64,000 nucleotides of DNA. Source: Octopus sinensis (lineage: Eukaryota). Of the stretch, positions 54,111-64,000 are shown piece after piece. The translations under genes and the position numbers were made by a program. Position 1 is the first letter of the stretch. Every line of letters begins with the position of its first letter. Under the pieces are notes generated by a model that made no database searches, was not told the origin of the DNA, and saw only the letters and a program-made list of their open reading frames with translations. The DNA is taken from the NCBI RefSeq assembly GCF_006345805.1, contig NC_043002.1, positions 52,328,001 through 52,392,000 on the forward strand, given 5' to 3'.

Positions 54111-56579
54111 TGGCGTTTTGAATAATGTGTGAAAGATTTAAGAAACTGATAAAGACGGTTGCGTTGAATAATAACAGAGCTTCATTGCACCAGCTGCGCT
54201 TGCCTGTATGCACTTTTTCCTGTATGCATTCAATTATTCATAATTGTTTCCGTTGCATGGAATAGCAACTTTTCCTTACACATAATGGACATTATTGTAA
54301 GAGTTTTGAACAAATGAATTTTCTCTGTGCAGCATCTTCTCTCTGTCTTTCTCACTTCTCTAGGTGTGCGTATGCTTCAATCTCTCTCTATTACCGATGC
54401 TCACGCGATTTAAAATACTTCTTTAATGAACTTCAAAAGAATCATGTCACGTTATCATATTTAACATCAACGTTACACATATTGTCCAGAAGGAGTTTTA
54501 GGTTAAAATCCACACATTCATATGCGCACACAGATATATGTACCTTCATACAGATACATAAATCTGTATGAATCACATAACCATACTTAAACTCTTAAAG
54601 GGATGAATCATTTATTAATATAAATTGCTACTAACTATCAAGGATAGAACTAGTTGAATCACAGCCACAAATAGCTTCAATCATGCTTTGAACTTAGTAA
54701 CATGAGCTAATGAAACGTTCACTAATTACATAGTGCTCCTTCTCCTCTCAGCAGTGAATTGTGTACTGCTGGCTCATAATTATTAGCTAGATAGACATCA
54801 TGAGGGACTAGTTCACAAGTGTTGAGAATCTTGGCAGAAGCACAATGCTGTGTTGGTGCAAAGACACGAAACTTTGATCTAGTTGTTCAGTGGAATCATA
54901 CTCTCTCGGCTCAAATTGCTGTCTATATTATAGTGATATTGAGGATTAAAAAAATACTGCTTTTAGCTAAAATTCAAAAGATAAAGTAAACAAAGTTTTG
55001 CAATTATGATGGTGCAATATAAGAACGAGTATAGAAAACAAGAACAAAAATCGTCAATTAAAATGGCCGACATTTGCTGCAAGAAATGGAAAAGTTGGCA
55101 ATCAACTAATTGCTACATGTCAACACAGAGACAGAAATCTGTGTACGGCGATGGTATGCTTCTCTCAGCGCTTCCAAACTACTGCAATATTGTTGTGGCA
55201 TGACCAGAAATCTGAATTGCTTTAAAGAATGACATTTTAAAATAATGAATAAAGATCATATTGATGTTGCATCACATGTCAGACTTGTGATCAAATGATT
55301 CTAGCCGTAACCATCTGGTTATTTTTCATTTCGGCATATTGCTTTTAAGACTGCATTATCCAGTGTTCTTCGTGGAGGCTAGTGACCTGCTTCAATGCTA
55401 ATCCTATTTAAAAAAGGCTGGACGCAATAGATAATGTAGTCCTTGCCCTTTCTCTTCTTATTCTTCTTTCTCTTTCTCCATGTATCGAGTAAACAGATGT
55501 CGGAAGCCATGAACCTCCATGCCATTGTGTAAAAGTTCATGATTTTTCTTGGGTAAGATAAAGCAGTGATTTTTCATTGCTTTCAGCGTTTATTTGTAGT
55601 TTACGTCTTGGGGAACAAGACCTTTTTAACCTATAGCCAAGATAGCTGGTTTACGTGTTATCAGGGCTTGTCGTCATAACGTTAGGCCAACCCCTAACTC
55701 CTACATGCATTACATACAGAACACCTTTTTTGCTATTTGACCCTTAACTGGAACCATTGATAAGTATTACCATCCCGGTTCCAGAACTGAACTGAAAGTA
55801 GTGGCAACTTCAAATTCCCCAAAATTTCTGAATTCTCAAGCTGGAACCCTACTGCCGGATGAAGTTTAATACCATGCCCAGAGCATAATGTCCTTTTGGT
55901 AGCCCTAAAACAATGTCATGATCGCGACTGGACTGTATTTTACGATAGAGCAGCTTCTTCAAGGTTGATCTAGGGAGTAAACACAAACAACAGAATATAT
56001 GATCATCTTAACAGATCATCACACTGTTCTATTTTTTCTAAACAAAACTTCAATTCATGATAAAAATTTATCTCCCCGTATGTTTAACATATTTGACTTG
56101 TTGCTGTTTAACCCAAGGTTAACACTAACCAATTAAAATTGTGGTAAAATACATTCCAGCACTAACCATTCAGATTTTTTGGGAAATATTTAGACCCACG
56201 TTGTCCAATGAACCCTTTCTTCATGAAACAAGGGGCGTGATTTCTGTGAGATTTTGCTGCTATTTATGCAAATAGAGCGGCCATATAGAGGAAGTTTGTA
56301 CTGGTGGTGTGCAGTCAATAGCAGAATATTGTTATCCATAAATGTTTCTCTGAGATTTTATCACTTTCCATTAAGCACTTTCCTTAATCGAGACTATTTG
56401 CGATAGTCGTGCATGACAAACAGGTTGCAGCTCATAAACGAAACCTCTTATTCCAATAGACTTGAACAAATGATATATAGTTTCATTACTTCTGCAGCAT
56501 TTTGCTATAACACTTGCCTTCTGTATCTAATATAATCATTTTTGCTAACACTATCAAGATATGTGTGGAGATATATATG

Positions 56580-56611
<32 letters not shown>

Positions 56612-58212
56612 TGTATGTATGTATGTATGTATGTATGTACGTATGTATGTATGTATGTATGTATGTATGTATATATATATACATATATATACACATACAC
56701 ACATATATGTGTTGTATATATACATGTATTTAAATATATATATGTACTCACACACACACATATATATATGTATATATTTATGTATATACATATATATATA
56801 TATATGTAGAGAGAGAGAGAGAGAGAAGGGAGAGAGAGTGGGGAGTAAGAGTGGATTGATAGATAGGAAGATGTAATGAAATAGAGATTTTGGCATTATC
56901 CCAGGATATTGAATAATGGTTTGATGTTCAAACAATTTCGGTGTATTTGAATTAAAACTTAGACCGAATTGCAGAAGTTTGTAATACTTCTGGAATGGAT
57001 AAACATAGTGATGGATCGAGTTCCTCTCTTAAACTTTTGAAATTTAAGTGGTTGGCTTAATATATGGCCTCCTTTAAAATGCCCGTTGCTCTAGCGGATT
57101 CAACTTTGCTTCAAGCACTGGAACTATTTCTCGGGTTTCAGATAGCTCCTTCTTTGTCCCTGCCATCAATCTTGGAGGCTCTGAAGAAAACGAAGAGCCA
57201 TGAGCACTGCTCCTTCAATGTTTCTTTGAATTAAGTTCTTGTTGAAATATTCTTTTTCGATAGCAAGACTTGAAATATTCGATGAGTGGGCTGTTCGCTG
57301 ACAGTGATCGCAGTGCTCAACTGGTATTATTTTATCAACCCCGCTAAAGCAATTTGTTCGTAGTGCTAAATATCCTGCCAGTTGCCGCCTTTCATAGTTT
57401 CAAATTTTGGCTGAAAGCTAGCAATTTTTGGAGACGATGGTTAGTCGATTATAGTAACCTCCGTGTTTAACTGGTACTTATTTTATTGATTCCGGAAGGA
57501 TGAAATGCAAAGTCAACCCCGCGATATTTGAACTAAGACAGTAAAAAACCGCAAGAAATACCGCTAAGCATTGCGTCCTTTTCGCTAACCATTCTACCAG
57601 CTCGCCGTCTTTCTTTCTAATGTTTGGCAAAACATAAGAAATTTTTAAAGGAAGGGTAAGCTGATTACATCGACCCCAAAGCACTTTGGGCACTTTTTTT
57701 TATTGATCTCCTCGATAAAGAAAAGCAAAGTTGTCCTCAGCGGCATTTGAACTCAGAATGTAGAGCTGGAAAAATGCTGTGAAGCATTTTGTCTGCCGTG
57801 CTAACTATTCTGCTAGCCAGCTGCCATTGTATTTTCTTTAATAGTAATCCACCAAAAATATCAGTTCATTAATTACCCATAAAAAAGGGAACTTTGTGCA
57901 TTTAAAAAAAAATTTATGTTATGAATAATCATTTCTGGAAGAAGCCATTTCAAAATGGTATTTTAGGAAGTACCTGTTTGTACTGTATACATAATCTATC
58001 ACCCCATTTAATAACACGTAGTTCTGAGGTGCACTCTGTTGCAAGCATTCGGACCAGATTAGTTCGGAATCTTGTTGATCTGCTTCTACTTCAGCAACTC
58101 TTCAACGGTGTCATGTTTTTAACCTCCGACTTGTTAACAATTCTATCGTCTCACGGCTCTAATAATAATAATAATAATAATAATAATCATTATAATAATT
58201 ATAATAAAAATG

Positions 58213-58284
<72 letters not shown>

Positions 58285-60024
58285 TGCAAATTACAAGGAG
58301 AAAATAAAAAAATATTTACCTTAATATATAGATTCTATCCTATGCATATAGGCCACATATTTTACGGGAAGTGTATGTCGACTAAAGCGACTGTGGAAGG
58401 GTGAAAAACAAGATAAATCGACAGGACTTGAAGTAAGGGCTGTTACGTAAGCAGCTAAATAGATTTTATCCGTTACTCAACAGTTCTGCCAATCCACGGT
58501 AATATATTACTATCAGAATAAAGCAATTTAATGTGTATCCTCCATATGGTTGCTCGACCTGCAAGAAATATTTACCAAGTGTTCATCATATCACATGCTT
58601 CCGTCTCCAAATAGGAAAGGACATGCAATAGTATAATATTAGATGTGCTATGCATGACAAAATAGGCATGATGGTCATAACTAAAACATCATTGCTCATA
58701 GTTCTGACCTAGGACAAAATAACAATACTAATATCAAACAACAACACTAATATCAACAATATTAATTTTTTCCTAAGGCGGCGAGCTGGCAGAAACTTTA
58801 GTACGAAGGGCGAAATGCTTGGCGGTATTTAGTCTGCCGCTACATTCTGAGTTCAAATTCCGCCGAGGTCGACTTTGCCTTTCATCCTTTCGGGGTCGAT
58901 TAAATAAGTACCAGTTACGCACTGGGGTCGATGTAATCGACTTAATCCGTTTATCTGTCCTTATTTGTTCTTTCTGTGTTTAGCCTCTTTGTGGGTAGTA
59001 AAGAAATAGGTATTTCGTCTGTCTTTACGTTCTGAGTTCAAATTTCGCTGAGGTCGACTTAGCCTTTCATCATTTCAGGGTCAATAGAAAAGAATACTAA
59101 TTTCTTAAATCGGAACGTGACCTGAAGTTTGGGGTAGGGAACAGACGATTATAAAAATCCCAGTTGCTGAATGGTATTTTAATGTGATAGATTTAGGAAG
59201 ATTAAAATGTGAAGTTAGGGTTTGAAGGGCTGGAACAAATACCACAAACGATTCTGTCAATCAACTTCTAACAAGACGGTAACAACAACCACATCAACTG
59301 TAATAATAACATAAATACAGATTTGTGCCAATACGTCACAAAGCACTGTTGACTGGTGCCATGTAATAAATTCATGGCTTCTCGACGCCATGAAAAATGA
59401 CGAGCAAAGTCAGTGCAGAACTGATTGGAACTCAGAGAAGAGAAATAAGTCTCAATACTTAAAGTTTTTTTTTAAAGAATTTAAAAAAAAGATTCTACCA
59501 ATTCATAAAATAGAAGCATAGAAATAATATTGAAAATGACAGGTTTAGTTCAGAATAAAGAATGAAAAAATTTGAATCCTCCTCCAGTAAAATATAACAA
59601 CCCTGTATTTTCTCGCTTGGAACTAAATTGCTCTAATTTTCACGGTTCACCTCGCTTTAATAATTATTGAAGTAAATTGCATTGCAATTACACCTATGTA
59701 TCATTCCCCATACGGACACTCACAAAAATATGTTTTTACCGCACCCCACCCCCAAAACCGCGATACAAAACCATTAATGGAAATGTAAACATATATTTAT
59801 ATATTTTCATATCGCAAACATATGTTTATATATTTTCATATCACATGAGTGCCATTAGATACTGCTTTTAAGCACATTAGTCACTGGTTGACTGCGTTTC
59901 TGATGACAAAAGTGACAAGGGAGTATTTGGGACTCGTAGAACAAATACATCAAAGGATATCGTTTGTATGTATGTATGTATGTATGTTTGTATGTACGTA
60001 TATAAGTTTGTATGTATGTATATG

Positions 60025-60104
<80 letters not shown>

Positions 60105-60240
60105 GAATATGTATATATATATATATGAGGTTAATAAAAGAAAATGGAGAAGAAATATAGTGGATACTTCGTTAATTTTATTTCTATTACAATAAAAAAA
60201 AAATATTGCGGAACTTTGGTGTGTGTGTGGTGTGTGTGCA

Positions 60241-60274
<34 letters not shown>

Positions 60275-60473
60275 GCAATTAAGGACAACTACTTAATAAG
60301 GAAAACTTAACAAGAAATTGTCAGGTAGATAGCGTAAAAACCTCATAAGAGAATTTCGAAAATAATTATTTCTTATTGAACATATTAATTTATATATAGA
60401 GGGCATTATACATACATGCCAGAAGGCATTATACATACATGCCAAACGCTCGTTGTTTATTTATAATACATTC

Positions 60474-60521
60474 AGGCCTGCTGATGATTACGTAAGTATG
60501 AAATCACTGTGATACAGGTCT
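60474..60521 (+). ncRNA. Type I hammerhead ribozyme (copy 1)
   Basis: Helix I AGGCCTG/CAGGTCT (7 bp, one G-U); CTGATGA; helix II T-TAC-GTAA-GTA-T; GAAA; helix III TCAC-T-GTGA; ATA triplet, cut after 60514. Confidence 0.85.
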
Positions 60522-60945
60522 ATATTTTTAAATGTCTTACTTTGAAATTGCATTCGGTGGGATTAGTAATATTTTTGTAGAAATGACTGATTGTCCCTCT
60601 TAGCGTTTGGCATGTATGTATAATGCCTTCTGGCATGTATGTATAATGCCCTCTATATATAAATTAATATGTTCAATAAGAAATAATTATTTTCGAAATT
60701 CTCTTATGAGGTTTTTACGCTATCTACCTGACAATTTCTTGTTAAGTTTTCCTTATTAAGTAGTTGTCCTTAATTGCTAAATTTTTATTCCGAAAAAACT
60801 TTTCCTCTCCCGAAATGCAATTCGTAAAAGTTTGCCATTTACCCGGATGTAATATATGTAAACTCACCCATGTGCTTCGTTGATGTTGATCAGTTAGCTG
60901 ATCGGCTTAAGCGGGGCAGGGTCGTTGTTTATTTATAATACATTC

Positions 60946-60992
60946 AGGCCTGCTGATGATTACGTAGTATGAAATCACTGTGATACAGGTCT
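60946..60992 (+). ncRNA. Type I hammerhead ribozyme (copy 2)
   Basis: Identical to copy 1 except that loop II is GTA instead of GTAA; cut after 60985. Confidence 0.83.
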
Positions 60993-62098
60993 ATATTTTT
61001 AAATGTCTTACTTTGAAAAATTGCATTCGGTGGGATTAGTAATATTTTTGGTAGAAATGACTGATGTCCCTCTTAGCGTTTGGCATGTATGTATAATGCC
61101 TTCTGGCATGTATGTATAATGCCCTCTATATATAAATTTATATATATATATATGGTTCTCCTTGGAGAATTTTAAAGTCGAATGAATCGATCCCACGACT
61201 TTATTATTTAAAGCCTGGTACTTATCCTATAAGACACTTTTGCCGAACTGCTACGTTACGGGGGCGTAAACATAACGGTACCTGTGGTGAGTCACACATG
61301 CACACACGAATATATATAATATACGACGGGCTTCTTTCAGTTTCCGCGTACCAATTCCACTCACAAGGCTTTGATTGACACTAAGCTATAGTAGAAGTCA
61401 GTTGCCCAACGTACCTTGCAGTGGGAGTGAAGAAATGTCGCTACGCTTTTTGTCGTGTGCGTTGACAATTCTGCTAGCTCGCAATATATATTTGACTGGG
61501 CCTTCAAATTAAAGGTGAACTCGAAGTCCCAATCAAATCAAAATTTTGTATCAACCTACCTATGTATCCATCCATCCATCCATCCATCCATCCATCCATC
61601 CATCCCCATCCATCCATCATCCATCCGTCCATCCGTCCATCTGTCCATCCATCTCTCTCTTAACACACACACGCACGTGCACACACATACACTCACACAG
61701 ACATACATCCACGCATACATATATACTTACATGCACACGCATTCACACACGCTGAAGGAATAAACTATCATAGTATTTGTTATACTATGAGTCTTCCATA
61801 GCAGCTTTCTCTCCGTAACTTACAAATCCTTTCGGGTTTGTTTACAAATATTATATGTAATATTGGACATTTTAAGTATATATTAACTAAATTTGGCCGA
61901 AATTCACGGGCAAGCGTGTGGCCCAGTCGGATGCGCGAGCAGCCATGTTAACCTTGATTTGTGACTTCCATTGTATTTGGTGTCAGCTCATCATTTGTCA
62001 GTCATTTGTTTGTATTTAAAAGTTGTCGCTTCAAATCGGAGAATAAAATATATCATTATACAGTTATATATACATATATATATATATAAGTTACTTAT

Positions 62099-62519
62099 AG
62101 GCGTAAGAGTTGCTGTATGGCAAGTAGCTTGCTTACGAACCACATGGTTCCAGGTTCAGTCCCACTGCGTGGCACCTTCGGCAAATGTCTTCTACTATAG
62201 CCTCGGGCCGACCAAAGCCTTGTGAGTAGATTTGGTAGACGGAAACTGAAAGAAGCCCGTCGTATATATGTATATATATATAAATATATGTAAGTGTGTG
62301 TGTATGTTTCTGTGTCTGTGTTGCCCCCGCCCCCAACATAGCTTGACAACCGATGCTGGTGTGTTTACATCCCCGTAACTTAGCGGTTCGGCAAAAGAGA
62401 CCGATGCAATAAGTACTAGGCTTCCAAAGAATAAGTCCCGGGGTCGATTTGCTCGATTAAGACGGTGCTCCAGCATGGCCACAGTCAAATGACTGAAACA
62501 AGTAAATGAGTAGAAGAGT
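62099..62519 (+). mobile_element. SINE family A, full-length copy
   Basis: Head ggcgtaagagttgctgtatggcaag...ggttcagtccc; tail gaaacaagtaaatgagtag. Confidence 0.85.
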
Positions 62520-62663
62520 ATACATACTTATAAAGTGAGGATATAATCATTTAGAACAATTAGATTAGTGGGCAGCGTATAAAAAATACCATATCGGTAA
62601 AATTAATCATATTTTTATAGCTATGTACTTAAAAATGTATAAATATATATATATATGCACATA

Positions 62664-62699
<36 letters not shown>

Positions 62700-62711
<12 letters not shown>

Positions 62712-63804
62712 GACATACATACACACATACACACACACATACATACACACACATACATACACACATACACACACACACACCGCACGTACATACTTCACAC
62801 ACACACATGCAAACATACATTAGGCACATACATACATACATGCCCACACATGCACACCCTTACACTGAATGCACACACACACATCCAGGCAGCACTTTTT
62901 CTCTTTCTGCCACCCCCTCTTTTCTCTTTTCGGTTCGGTTTGGCTGATGGATCCTCGGTTCCCGCGCAGCGGGGCGTTCGAGGGCCTTTGCGCTCGCGCG
63001 CCTGGGCGCGCGCTGAGGGCTTGGTCGGCCCCTTGGGCTTGCGTTGTACTGCTTGTGCGTTGTGTGCGTGAGCGCGCTTTGTGCGTGTGGGCTTGCTTCG
63101 GATGTGCGCGTACGTATGTATGCATACATACCCACACACTCGCATGCATCCCTACCCACATACATACACGCACACCTACTCACACACACACATACACACA
63201 CATACCTGCACACACACACACACATACATACACATACACATACATACCTACTTCAGACATACACACACACATACACACACACATACATACACACTCACAC
63301 ACATACACACACGCACATGCACACACTCACACATACACACACACACATACACACGCACACACACACCTACATACACACACATGCATACACACACACATAC
63401 ATACATACACACACATACATACACATACATACCTACTTCAGACATACACACACACATACACACACAACACACACGGACACACACCCATACATACATACAT
63501 CTACACACACACGCCTACACACATACATACACACATACATAAACACACACACATATACATATACACACATACGCACACACACATATACTTATACACATGC
63601 ACACACACACACACACATACATACATACACCCATATACATACATACACACATACCCACATACTCCTATACGCACATACATACACAAAGACATACACACTA
63701 CACACTCACACAAACATACACACACACATACACACACATACCTGCACACACACACACATACATACACACACACATACACACGCACACACACATACATACA
63801 CACA

Positions 63805-63843
<39 letters not shown>

Positions 63844-64000
63844 ACACACACACATACACACACACATACATACATACACACACGCACGCATACACACGCA
63901 CACACACATACATTACACACGTACACACACACCTACATACACATGCATACACACACACACACAAACATGCACGGACACACCCAGACATACACACATACAC
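62700..64000. repeat. Degenerate (CA)n/(CATA)n low-complexity tract, interrupted by a G-rich segment at 62931-63125
   Basis: Directly visible. Confidence 0.93.

Larger units (their letters stand above)
60273..61138 (+). mobile_element. Retrozyme/Penelope-like non-coding element: inverted 178 bp arm plus ~1.45 tandem copies of a ~471 bp unit, inserted in (TA)n
   Basis: 60273-60450 is the exact reverse complement of 60602-60779. 60451-60666 is repeated at 60923-61138. Each direct copy contains a hammerhead ribozyme. Confidence 0.85.

Noticed and set aside
60609-60650. ggcatgtatgtataatgcc repeats resembling loxP
   Set aside because: No 13 bp ATAACTTCGTATA arms; the similarity is limited to an AT-rich core. 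They are short hairpins within the retrozyme-like unit.

Overview
AT-rich, microsatellite- and transposon-dense eukaryotic DNA, most likely from an Octopus genome (inferred from the SINE families and repeat landscape). The only host gene I can support is a serotonin transporter (SLC6A4/SERT). Six + strand coding exons (1454-27005) cover late EL2 to TM9. Their splice phases match human SLC6A4 and their sizes nearly match, but the residue equivalent to human Ser438 is Thr. I could not find the remaining 3' exons, and a 100-N gap lies at 43514-43613. The rest is intronic or intergenic: a near-complete ~6.1 kb Helitron with STPR-like repeats, a full-length Tigger/pogo element, decayed Tc1/mariner copies, RTE/CR1/R4-Dong LINE ends, many tRNA-derived SINEs, MITEs and a 1129 bp tandem duplication. 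Three signals stand out and are not in the ORF track. (1) Two tandem type I hammerhead ribozymes 471 nt apart sit in a retrozyme/Penelope-like element with a perfect 178 bp inverted repeat (60273-61138). (2) A Schistosoma-Sm-alpha-like hammerhead lies at ~48.3 kb, with several more hammerhead-like cores elsewhere. (3) A ~190 nt A-depleted, G-rich tract (62931-63125) looks like an A-to-G hypermutated copy of the surrounding CA-rich sequence. All alignments and folds were done by eye; no database searches were run.
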